A DNA stretch of 41,920 nucleotides. Source: a virus. Taxonomy: Duplodnaviria > Caudoviricetes. The translations under genes were made by a program, and so were the position numbers. The stretch is from the IMG/VR virus record IMGVR_UViG_3300037043_000200, positions 1-41,920 of that record; one strand, given 5' to 3'. Of this stretch, positions 18,380 to 26,539 are shown one piece after another (position 1 is the first letter of the stretch; each line of letters starts with the position of its first letter). The notes beneath the pieces were generated by a model. It had not been told where the DNA came from. It saw only the letters and a program-made list of their open reading frames with translations, and did no database searches.

Positions 18380-19110
18380 TACTTTATTGCCATGAAGAGC
18401 GTGAAGTTCATATCCTTGTCCATCACCGTAATATTCGTGAATCCAACCGACTGCAGCAGCGAGTAGTTGTCCTCGTATGCACGCAACGGCATGATCCCGC
18501 GTAGTGAATCGTCTTTGTTTAACACGCTTTCCGGAGAAAGACCGCTTTTTTGTTTGTAGCCGTTGATATATTGCTTCATAATCTCCGTCGCCATGGCGCT
18601 TTCTTCACTGCATTTTTCAAACCAAAGGAACCCGCCACCGGCATTCAAGCAGTTATAAACATTCTGCAGAAGATCCTTCCGCAATTCCTTTTTTATAAAC
18701 TGAACCACGAGCGACGCCACAACAAGATCGTAGCGCTGCATAAAAAAGAATTTTGTTACGTCGAGACATACAAAATTAAATGTTGTTTTCGGACGTTCTC
18801 TGTCGCGGAACCGGCGCCGCATTTCTGTCACCATTTCCTGGGATGCATCAATGACTTCACAATGCATCGGCTTCCCTTTGTTAGCGTAAACAACCTCGAG
18901 CACGGTGCGACCGGTTGAACTGCCAATATCCAGATACGATGATTCGTTTTCAATGAAGAACTGTGACAAGAATCCGATCTTCTCCATTACTCTTTCATAA
19001 TTCGGGATCGATTTGCGCACATGTTCATCGAAATGCTTCGGAACATCACCGCCAAAGTGCATCCATTTTTGGAGATTCATTTTTTTGTCGATTGAACGCA
19101 GCGTTGTCAT
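18379..19110 (-). CDS. CmoA-like (carboxy-S-adenosyl-L-methionine synthase-like) SAM-binding protein
   Basis: Full-length match by eye to the CmoA pattern: F...V...FDEHVRKSIPNY, LDIGSSTG, ID.S.EM, V.QF, L..GG....EK, YK...G.S...K..SL..IM, GF, NF...A.K. Confidence 0.8.
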   Translation of the reverse strand: MTTLRSIDKKMNLQKWMHFGGDVPKHFDEHVRKSIPNYERVMEKIGFLSQFFIENESSYLDIGSSTGRTVLEVVYANKGKPMHCEVIDASQEMVTEMRRRFRDRERPKTTFNFVCLDVTKFFFMQRYDLVVASLVVQFIKKELRKDLLQNVYNCLNAGGGFLWFEKCSEESAMATEIMKQYINGYKQKSGLSPESVLNKDDSLRGIMPLRAYEDNYSLLQSVGFTNITVMDKDMNFTLFMAIK

Positions 19111-19526
19111 AATTCCTTCTCCGGGACAGTGTTCTTTTTGTGTGGAATTTCAGGTATTACACTCAGGCAGGTAACACCAAGCAATTGATATTCTTTGATC
19201 GTTTTGGGGTTGCTTTCGATCGCAAGGAATTGTTCCGATCCATATCTCCACTCAATTTTTTCAACGAATGTTTTTCGCTTAAATATGTGCGGCGGGAGAA
19301 ACGTATCATTGAAATATGCTGCTGCCGGCTGCCAATTGGTCTGCCCTTCGATATTCGCCAGCGTGACCGCTTTATACTTTACCGGACGTGCAGTAATGAG
19401 GATCACTTCGAACGGACGGACCAGGTCTAATAGATCTTTGCGATATCGCTCTTGCTTTATTTGCTCGAGGAATGGCGATCGCTTCATGTGGCTGTTCGCG
19501 ACGAGCGTGTAGTTGAGATCTAAAAC
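19107..19526 (-). CDS. HAD-superfamily phosphatase-like protein (5' end lacks a start codon before motif I)
   Basis: In-frame VLDLNYTLV (19526-19500) lies upstream of ATG 19487, followed by ILITARP, K and LAIESN motifs. Confidence 0.65.
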   Translation of the reverse strand, partial: VLDLNYTLVANSHMKRSPFLEQIKQERYRKDLLDLVRPFEVILITARPVKYKAVTLANIEGQTNWQPAAAYFNDTFLPPHIFKRKTFVEKIEWRYGSEQFLAIESNPKTIKEYQLLGVTCLSVIPEIPHKKNTVPEKEL

Positions 19527-20653
19527 TGAGGGTCCCTGTCTGCCCGGGAACAGATATACACTTGATCACTCAATGCCGAACATATCCGCAGGATCTTATC
19601 CCGGTCTTCATAAAACGGAACTGAATTAAATACAGAAGAAATCACGATGCTGCTAAACTTCGTCTTGTTGCGGATCGCCTGGAGAAAATCCTTTGTCAGT
19701 TTCTGGCTTGCGGCGAGATCAGGCTTGTCCTGCGTCGTAACATGATATGGTTCGAACGGGATCACATTCAGTCCGATCGATCGTAGCATATTTGTTTCGT
19801 GCAAATGCCCGGCGCCGAAATCGATGAATGTATCTCCAAACCTCTTCCGCAACTTCTCCACGTTCTCCGGAAGAGTATGATCGAAATCATCCGTCTTGAG
19901 ATATTCCTTCATCCGGATCCATGTGCTGAATCCATGACCGAGGGTTTCCCTCTTCAACCGTAACCGGCGAAAACTGCCAAACCTCATTTGAGTGGAGTAT
20001 GACTTCCGGAGATCGAAGTCCATCGAGATCTTGTTTAGAAAATGCTCGATGTAATTGGCCGGCAGATCCGTTTTAACAACCGGAACTTGTTCGATCCCGG
20101 ACTTTGCCAGGGCGAACAATCTTTTATGGCCGTTGGCAAGTTTCCCGTCACTGCTGATCACAAGCGGAATGATCACTCCCTTTGTGAGCATTGACTTTGT
20201 GTATTGCCAACCGTCGGCATTTCCGTAACTCACGCCGTATTTCATCTGCATTCCCTCAACGCCCATCATCGTGAAATTCATGCAAGGGTATGGATCGATC
20301 GACTTCATCTTAATTGCCGGTGCTTCATTCGATAATTGACCGGAAAGATCGGCGCGCCGAAAGTCATTGGTGGCCAGGTTAAAGAGAATGTTCAGACCGC
20401 GCATTGATTCATCATTCAATCCCGGAACATCGACAACCGGTATTTCAGAATATCCGAGATCCTTCCACGCCCTGGTGCGCTGGTGACCGGATAAAAGCAT
20501 ACCGTCGCATGCGTATGCAGGAAGCAGCCAACCGAGTTTCTTCAATGACTCTTTGATCAACGCATATCGTTTCGCATCAAAAGCGCGGGGGTTATACTCT
20601 GCTCCTTTGATTGTCTTAATCGGGACCAAAGAGATATGGAATTGGTGCTTCAT
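19520..20653 (-). CDS. ParB-ParB-methyltransferase fusion (possibly C-terminally truncated)
   Basis: YNPR...SL...GW..P..LSGHQR (ParB 1), PLVIS...ANGHKR (ParB 2), FIDFGAG (motif I), FEPY, SSVFNSVP. Confidence 0.8.
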   Translation of the reverse strand: MKHQFHISLVPIKTIKGAEYNPRAFDAKRYALIKESLKKLGWLLPAYACDGMLLSGHQRTRAWKDLGYSEIPVVDVPGLNDESMRGLNILFNLATNDFRRADLSGQLSNEAPAIKMKSIDPYPCMNFTMMGVEGMQMKYGVSYGNADGWQYTKSMLTKGVIIPLVISSDGKLANGHKRLFALAKSGIEQVPVVKTDLPANYIEHFLNKISMDFDLRKSYSTQMRFGSFRRLRLKRETLGHGFSTWIRMKEYLKTDDFDHTLPENVEKLRKRFGDTFIDFGAGHLHETNMLRSIGLNVIPFEPYHVTTQDKPDLAASQKLTKDFLQAIRNKTKFSSIVISSVFNSVPFYEDRDKILRICSALSDQVYICSRADRDPQF

Positions 20654-21243
20654 TACTTCACCTTCACCGGGATCAGCAATCGTTTTTTGATCTCTTCAAC
20701 CTGCACTTCCTTTTTCATGCCGATTTTCTTGGCAAGTGCATCGATCCATTTAATGTATAGCGATTGCGGCAACATAAACCGGATCTCTCCCAGTTGAAAC
20801 GATACTTCAACGTTCGACCGGACTTTCTTTGACGGTTTTGTTTTATCGACCAATGAAGGAACGTCGAATTCCAATTCCTTTTTCGTAAATCCCCAGCCGA
20901 TGAGCTGATCAACGTCAAAGAATTCCTGCAGTTTCTTTACGTCCCATTCACCATTGTTTTTATTCAATCGAATATTCAATTCTCGTTCCTTGTCGATATC
21001 CAATGGAATTTCAACGCATGGGACGGTCTTTAATTTTAACTTCTTCGCTATAATCAACCGTTGGTGTCCGCCGATGACGATATTTTTTCGTTTCGGATGC
21101 GAATTGACGACGAGCGGATCGACAAATCCGAATTGCATTATGCTGTCGGTAAGATCCTTCTCTTGCTTTTCCGTCATTCTCCGAGGGTTATAGTCAGCGG
21201 TTTTGAGATCTGAAATTCGTTTTTCGATGGTCTTCATGTGCAT
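20653..21243 (-). CDS. ParB/Srx-like N-terminal domain protein
   Basis: DYNPR, SIMQFGFVDPLVVN, IGGHQR, ERELNIRLNKNNGEWD. RBS AAGGAG; the start is 21243 or 21237. Confidence 0.88.
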   Translation of the reverse strand: MHMKTIEKRISDLKTADYNPRRMTEKQEKDLTDSIMQFGFVDPLVVNSHPKRKNIVIGGHQRLIIAKKLKLKTVPCVEIPLDIDKERELNIRLNKNNGEWDVKKLQEFFDVDQLIGWGFTKKELEFDVPSLVDKTKPSKKVRSNVEVSFQLGEIRFMLPQSLYIKWIDALAKKIGMKKEVQVEEIKKRLLIPVKVK

Positions 21244-21295
21244 TTCTCCTTATGGCACGGAACGGTGAATATTTTTGGTTATGACTGAAAATATC

Positions 21296-21339
21296 TTGCG
21301 GTCGAGGCGTACCCGATTAAAAGGGCGTCGGAAGGACCC
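21296..21339 (-). other. Putative cos site (cosQ GGGTCCT plus cosN-like symmetry)
   Basis: The minus strand reads GGGTCCTTCC (GGGTCCT at 21339-21333, identical to lambda cosQ), followed by GGGTACGCCTCGACC with GGT/ACC symmetry. It is intergenic and upstream of the terminase operon. Confidence 0.6.
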
Positions 21340-21345
21340 AAAATC

Positions 21346-21909
21346 CTACTTAACCTTTGAGTAATAAAATTTGAATTCGCTGATAAGCAGTTTGGCGAAT
21401 TCAGCATCATACTTTTGTTTGATAGATTCCTGCATGTCTCTTGACCGGAGCATATCTTGAATCTTTGTTCCAATGGTGACACGAATCGGCAGCCGGGATG
21501 TTCCTTTGCGTTTAAATACTTCTGTCTTTCCAATATTACCCAGGTTGCCAACGACTCTTTTTGCAAGGAATGTCCCTTTGATTTCAACCGGCTTACCCCT
21601 AATGATCTCAACGATGATACCACTGGCGCCTTTCTTTGGATTAAATTCGGTAAGTGAAATTGCTGTTCCCTCTACGTTGATTGTCACTGAATACCGATTG
21701 TTAATAAACGATGCCTTTGTTCTCGATACCCTCCGATCTATTGCGCGTTTCCAGTGAATGTTGTACTTAGCAACGGTCTTTTGCTTGAGTAAAACTATGA
21801 TTCGATCAGCGAATTTATTTAACGCACTCACTGTAGCCCTTTTCATCGCATCTTCAATTCCACGAATCCTGTAATCTCCTGAAAAATAGTCTGGTCTAGC
21901 CATATTCAC
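21346..21909 (-). CDS. Lambda gpZ-like minor tail protein
   Basis: SALNK, ISL..F, V.I.RG...I.G.F.A, VF.RKG..RLPI pattern; basic protein. Confidence 0.7.
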   Translation of the reverse strand: MNMARPDYFSGDYRIRGIEDAMKRATVSALNKFADRIIVLLKQKTVAKYNIHWKRAIDRRVSRTKASFINNRYSVTINVEGTAISLTEFNPKKGASGIIVEIIRGKPVEIKGTFLAKRVVGNLGNIGKTEVFKRKGTSRLPIRVTIGTKIQDMLRSRDMQESIKQKYDAEFAKLLISEFKFYYSKVK

Positions 21910-22499
21910 TCGTCCTTTGACTCGTCCATCACTTCGAAATCTACGGCGTCGGCAAGTATCCCTATATCCGATGCACGCCTGAATTGAATCATGTTCTTGC
22001 CCTTTTCTTCATCGTAAAATATCTGATATAATCCTTCTTCACTTGAGACCTTTAGCAGATAGTTGGTGCGGATCGCATACGTACTGCAACCTGCTATTTC
22101 CGCTCCGGAGTTGACAACCTGTTGCACAGTCATTATCCCTTTTTCTTTCATTCTCTTATACAGCCAATGACGAAAGAGCGGTTCCGCCCGTTTGTTTTGG
22201 CGCATTTCAGGAGACATCCCACTCGTTTCCATTACCTCGTTAAAAGTCTCCATTGATACTACGCGACGCTTGACTGTAACTTCTCCCTTTTTTTGCTTTC
22301 CCCTTGGATGTTTCTTCCGATGATCGCTCCTACAAAGCAGCCAAAGGTTATCGTCTCCATCATTTTCTTCGTTCCCGTCTCTGTGGTCTACTTCGAGATA
22401 GACTTCCGGGGAAGTACGTCCGCAGATCTGACATCGTTGACCATCACGTTCACATAAGTAGTTATATTTTTTCTTTCGAAGGTTTTTATCGCGTGGCAT
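21906..22499 (-). CDS. HNH endonuclease with C-terminal (wHTH-like) extension
   Basis: RDG..CQICG, LEVDHRDG...N...NL.LLC..DH..KH followed by about 130 additional residues. Confidence 0.8.
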   Translation of the reverse strand: MPRDKNLRKKKYNYLCERDGQRCQICGRTSPEVYLEVDHRDGNEENDGDDNLWLLCRSDHRKKHPRGKQKKGEVTVKRRVVSMETFNEVMETSGMSPEMRQNKRAEPLFRHWLYKRMKEKGIMTVQQVVNSGAEIAGCSTYAIRTNYLLKVSSEEGLYQIFYDEEKGKNMIQFRRASDIGILADAVDFEVMDESKDE

Positions 22500-22675
22500 C
22501 AGGATTGTTCGGATAAGGGTTTATTGGTATGAATACAATTTATTAGTTGTTTGAGTACTGTAAATTTATACAGTGTGTGCGTATATATATAAGAACTGAT
22601 ATTTCCCATAACTCCTTTTGGTACAATGGCCGGGGAGGTGATTGGGCAGTCTTTTTTGGTAGTAAGGGAAGTCAT
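22499..22675 (-). CDS. Possible 58-aa ORF across the putative origin
   Basis: MTSLTTKKDCPITSP...PLSEQS; its TGA overlaps the HNH ATG (TGATG) and AAGGA lies upstream. Confidence 0.35.
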   Translation of the reverse strand: MTSLTTKKDCPITSPAIVPKGVMGNISSYIYTHTLYKFTVLKQLINCIHTNKPLSEQS

Positions 22676-22732
22676 ATTCGCTGTAAGTCCTTATTTTTGG
22701 ATTTGTGGGCAGTCAAATTTGACTGCCCACAA
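22643..22732. repeat. Perfect 30-bp palindrome plus GGG(C/A)AGTC half-site repeats (putative origin or protein-binding array)
   Basis: TTGTGGGCAGTCAAA|TTTGACTGCCCACAA at 22703-22732, GGGCAGTC at 22644, GGGAAGTC at 22666. An AT-rich tract is adjacent at about 22520-22610. Confidence 0.7.
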
Positions 22733-22740
22733 CCTTGGAT

Positions 22741-23127
22741 TCAAATCCCTTGCTCTGTCACCGGTTTCGTTTTCCATAATTCTACCGCACCGACTTCAAT
22801 GAGATTTATATACGCGAACGCAATCCCTTTCAGATGATATGGATTTCCCCAGTGGATCTGTTCGCAATCGATCCGGAAGAATTGATCACCTACTGCAACA
22901 ATCAATATTAGACCTCTTTCCCGGCAGGTTGTAAGAATATCATAGGGCAAGGGTATATTATTCTTATCGGTTGCCGTTTCGACACCACAAAGGAATCGAC
23001 GATCGCATCGTTCGTTCATCAATCGATAACCGATAAGAATACCGTTAATAAAACAGGGCATTTCCAGTGAAAATTCTTTTTGCAACAATCGATACCGTTT
23101 TAGTGTTTCCGAAAGGTATTTGCTCAT
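22741..23127 (-). CDS. Hypothetical protein
   Basis: 128-aa ORF co-oriented with the early genes. Confidence 0.6.
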   Translation of the reverse strand: MSKYLSETLKRYRLLQKEFSLEMPCFINGILIGYRLMNERCDRRFLCGVETATDKNNIPLPYDILTTCRERGLILIVAVGDQFFRIDCEQIHWGNPYHLKGIAFAYINLIEVGAVELWKTKPVTEQGI

Positions 23128-23207
23128 ATGATTTTCACTTGACTTTTAAATTCCGAAACCGTAAAATTGTATTGTTAGGTTCGCCCAATGATGTTAATCT
23201 GACAACC

Positions 23208-23239
23208 ACCCGTAGTGTCGCCCCGCTACGGGTTTTTTT
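23208..23239 (+). terminator. Intrinsic terminator-like hairpin
   Basis: ACCCGTAGTG-tcgccc-CGCTACGGGT followed by a T-run. Confidence 0.5.
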
Positions 23240-23280
23240 ATTCGTTTCAGTTACTGTCAACCTCTTATCGGTATATTACT

Positions 23281-23799
23281 ATGGAAAAACAGATCATTAC
23301 TGTTACAAAAGAAGAAGCTGCAAATCGTGAATTGGATCATGCTATTCGGATGTTTTTCCGCCGCGAAGATTATTTGTGCATTCATCTTATTGCGTCGGCG
23401 GCACAAAGAATATTTATCGATCTATGCAATATCAAAGGCGTAAAACCATCAATAATACACCTTATTGAAATGTTTCGAGTTGGGGATCAACAAAAAGAAA
23501 TATTTAAGGAATTGTTCCACTCGTATAATTTTTTGAAACATGCTGAAAGCGACCATGATAAAACTTTACAGTTTAGTGTTGAACACATTGAAGCTACACT
23601 CATTGATACGTGCAATATGAGACTATCTTTATTTGGTTCGCATAGTAAGAGTTCATTGATATTTAATACTTGGTTTTGCCTGAAATATATGGGGTCAATG
23701 GAGCAACATTCGTCATTTCAAATTTCAAAACAGATCCTAAAATTGGATGTAACTCATGAAGACTTTAATATGTTCTTAATGGCTTTAGATGCACCATAG
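23281..23799 (+). CDS. AT-rich moron, helical HEPN-like protein
   Basis: K.EAA.REL..AI..FF, IH..A.AA, YNFLKHA.  Opposite strand to its neighbours; start at ATG 23281. Confidence 0.6.
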   Translation: MEKQIITVTKEEAANRELDHAIRMFFRREDYLCIHLIASAAQRIFIDLCNIKGVKPSIIHLIEMFRVGDQQKEIFKELFHSYNFLKHAESDHDKTLQFSVEHIEATLIDTCNMRLSLFGSHSKSSLIFNTWFCLKYMGSMEQHSSFQISKQILKLDVTHEDFNMFLMALDAP

Positions 23800-23805
23800 A
23801 TTTCA

Positions 23806-24111
23806 TTATTTTTTATTATTGCCAAACCACAACCCCTTTCTTTTCCGATCGACATGCTCATTCACCGCCGGCATGTCGTAACCCTTAAATACCAGTTCAT
23901 AGATCTTCTCTACACGCGATCGCTGCCAGTCGGCCAACAGTGTTACCTCGCCTGGTAACTCGTCCATAAACTTCCGGTGTGATCCCTTCTTGTCCACCCT
24001 TGCAAGATATTTCAGATTATCCCTAATGAACTTTACCTGCACTTCGGTCGACCGCAGCGCAACTGACTTATCGGACGAGTATTGATCTCTGATCTGCTTC
24101 AATCCGCTCAT
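23806..24111 (-). CDS. Hypothetical protein
   Basis: 101 aa, ATGA-coupled. Confidence 0.7.
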   Translation of the reverse strand: MSGLKQIRDQYSSDKSVALRSTEVQVKFIRDNLKYLARVDKKGSHRKFMDELPGEVTLLADWQRSRVEKIYELVFKGYDMPAVNEHVDRKRKGLWFGNNKK

Positions 24112-24524
24112 TCGTCCGGATCCTTGTCGTCTTCCGGTCCGTCCGGTGCTGGATCGGGTAATGTCAGTTTCCCGTCTTCGCCGATGCCGAGTTCTCCCTG
24201 CAGTTCCTCACCGGTCATTTGCAGCGTATCGACAATCTCATTGGTATCACTCCGGACAATCGTTTTAAGACCAGGTTCCGGAGTATCATATTTGATGTAA
24301 CACAATACCGGTTTTGCCTCTGCACCGTTGTTGATAAAGTGACCGAGTTCTCGCACATGGTGTAACAGGGGCGGAACTTCCTTCTTTGCCTCTTTAGCGG
24401 CTTCGAATGCTTCCTCGAGGGTTTTTACACGCTCGAGGTTATCACCTATCTCACGAGCGATCTCAGCGAGACGGGAGTCGCTTAGAGGGAAATTGAATGT
24501 TTGTTCGATCGTTGTCGGTCTCAT
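24108..24524 (-). CDS. Hypothetical protein with acidic C-terminus
   Basis: 138 aa, ATGA-coupled. Confidence 0.7.
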   Translation of the reverse strand: MRPTTIEQTFNFPLSDSRLAEIAREIGDNLERVKTLEEAFEAAKEAKKEVPPLLHHVRELGHFINNGAEAKPVLCYIKYDTPEPGLKTIVRSDTNEIVDTLQMTGEELQGELGIGEDGKLTLPDPAPDGPEDDKDPDE

Positions 24525-26107
24525 TCTTCCGCCTCCTCTTCTTCCTTCTCGGGCAACGCTGCGGACTGTGGCTTCAATTTCTCTGCAAATTCCTTCTCCG
24601 CTTCTTTGGTCGCTTCGGCCATCAGTTTTTTGGTGTTGACACCATACCGGGCGATGATCTTTTCATATTCATTAGCCGACGCTCTATCCAAATCATCATA
24701 TAAAATGACAGCGTGAATCAATTGCTTAACCTTTTTGAGATTTAATCCGGCAATAATTTTCTTTTTCTTTGAAGTATCCCAGGGGAGCGATATATCGAGC
24801 GATTGCTTTATGAAATGCTCGGGATTATCGCTATCAGTTAGAATCAACGCAATGCGGTTCAATGTTTCCCGATTAAGATCGGTCGGCAACTTCTCGCCAA
24901 CTTTTGCGGGGATCCATTGTTGGAAGATTTCAGATGTTTTTTGCTTTATCTCTTCTTTCACTTTCGCAATCCGTTCCTTCTCCAATTGCGACGGTGTTTT
25001 CTGTTTTTCCTTCTTCTTCATTAATGCCTGATCGCGCCGGTAATCATTCCGCCAGTGCTGTGAGCATTCTTTGTTATTGCAGATCGGCGTCACCTTCCCG
25101 CGTTCTGGTCCGTCCACCGCAATACCTTGAACGGCATATTTACACGGTTTGCCCTTTACTTCTTTGTACGATCGAACTGTGATAGCGTGTGGATGATCGG
25201 AAGGTTTTTGATATTCCGGTGTGAATTCCACTACTTTCACTTTCTCGGATTTCAGTTTCGCTTTTTGCTGGACAATGTGTGCTTCAACCTTTTCTTTGAA
25301 GCACGCCGGATCGGTGCAGGTGTCGGATTGCTGAATGTCGGGAAACAGTCCCTGATTAAATCCGGATCTCTTTACGCAGTGAGTGCACGGACCGGATTTG
25401 GCGACGAGCGCAGGATCGGTTTTTGAAAATGAGATCTTGCGCAGATCGAGGTGGATTTGCTCTTGTATGAAATTTTTAAGCGTAATAATGCTGATTGGTA
25501 CAGACCGGTTTTTAACGATATCAGATGCGCTCATCGGCATGGAGAATGCAATCTCCATCACCCGTTCCTGATCCTTCGCCTGCAGACGGCAGATCTCGAA
25601 TGCATGGGCGATCGGTAGATCTCCCTTTTGCAGGGACTTCATTGCAGCAGGGACCAGTTTTAATAGCCTCAGCGTGCGGACAATGTGGTGTAACGGCTTA
25701 CCGATGCGAGCTGCGATCGATTCCAGATCGTTCCCTTGTTTTGCGAGATCCTGGAATGCTCCCGCCTCTTCAAGGGGGGTGATATCTTTGCGGTGCAGGA
25801 ATGTCATCAACTGATATTCCAGTGCTTCCACATCGGACATTTCGCGGAGTTCGGCGGAAACGGTGGACGCTTTTATCGATAGACAGGCGTGGTACCGGCG
25901 TTCGCCGTCGATTATCTCATACAATCCCTCGTTCGGATCTTTTACCAACCGCACGACGATCGGCTGCTGCAGCCCGTTCGCTTTTATGCTTTCGGCCAGT
26001 TCGGCAATATCTGCATCGTTAAAATACTTGCGCGGATTGGTTTTACTCGGCACGATGTGGCCGATATCGATTGATTGGATTTTCCCTTGTGGTTTCATTT
26101 GCCTCAC
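24521..26107 (-). CDS. ParB/RepB/Spo0J family protein with HTH and Cys-rich C-terminal region
   Basis: NPRKYF, ELAESIK.NGLQQPI.VR, IIDGERRY, R.D.TPLEEA, HTH, CTHC/CTDPAC. Confidence 0.9.
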   Translation of the reverse strand: MRQMKPQGKIQSIDIGHIVPSKTNPRKYFNDADIAELAESIKANGLQQPIVVRLVKDPNEGLYEIIDGERRYHACLSIKASTVSAELREMSDVEALEYQLMTFLHRKDITPLEEAGAFQDLAKQGNDLESIAARIGKPLHHIVRTLRLLKLVPAAMKSLQKGDLPIAHAFEICRLQAKDQERVMEIAFSMPMSASDIVKNRSVPISIITLKNFIQEQIHLDLRKISFSKTDPALVAKSGPCTHCVKRSGFNQGLFPDIQQSDTCTDPACFKEKVEAHIVQQKAKLKSEKVKVVEFTPEYQKPSDHPHAITVRSYKEVKGKPCKYAVQGIAVDGPERGKVTPICNNKECSQHWRNDYRRDQALMKKKEKQKTPSQLEKERIAKVKEEIKQKTSEIFQQWIPAKVGEKLPTDLNRETLNRIALILTDSDNPEHFIKQSLDISLPWDTSKKKKIIAGLNLKKVKQLIHAVILYDDLDRASANEYEKIIARYGVNTKKLMAEATKEAEKEFAEKLKPQSAALPEKEEEEAEE

Positions 26108-26514
26108 CCTGCCCTTCTGATAGATTCAAGCAAATCAATCTTTGCCGTGACCGCTTTCAGTTTCTTTTCCACGACATCCACAAAGTCGTTTTTCTCGCCG
26201 GTGTATGCTGCAATCAATTTTTGAAAGTGACCGGCCTGTTGCTGCAGCCGATCCATCTCGCTTTCGGCGGCGCGGGTAAAGTCACCATCGATTACATTCT
26301 TTTTACTCTTCTTTTTCTTGACGATAACGGGGGCAGATGGCGTCGATTTATTTTTCTTCTTCTTCAATTCACCTGCCTTGGTCATATTGAACTTCATATT
26401 CCCGATATCGTTCTTGGTGCAACCGGTGCCGACGATTGAAAGAATTTCTTTCGGTCGTGTTCCATTTAATAGCAGATCGCGAACCTGCGATCGTGTTTCT
26501 TCGTCTCTAAACAT
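26104..26514 (-). CDS. Hypothetical basic HTH/coiled-coil protein
   Basis: 136 aa, RBS GGGAGGA. Confidence 0.65.
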   Translation of the reverse strand: MFRDEETRSQVRDLLLNGTRPKEILSIVGTGCTKNDIGNMKFNMTKAGELKKKKNKSTPSAPVIVKKKKSKKNVIDGDFTRAAESEMDRLQQQAGHFQKLIAAYTGEKNDFVDVVEKKLKAVTAKIDLLESIRRAG

Positions 26515-26539
26515 ATATCCTCCCGGATTGTGATTGTGA

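Noticed and set aside
22703-22732. Palindrome as a protelomerase (telRL) site
   Set aside because: No protelomerase is recognisable, and the phage has a standard integrase and attP.
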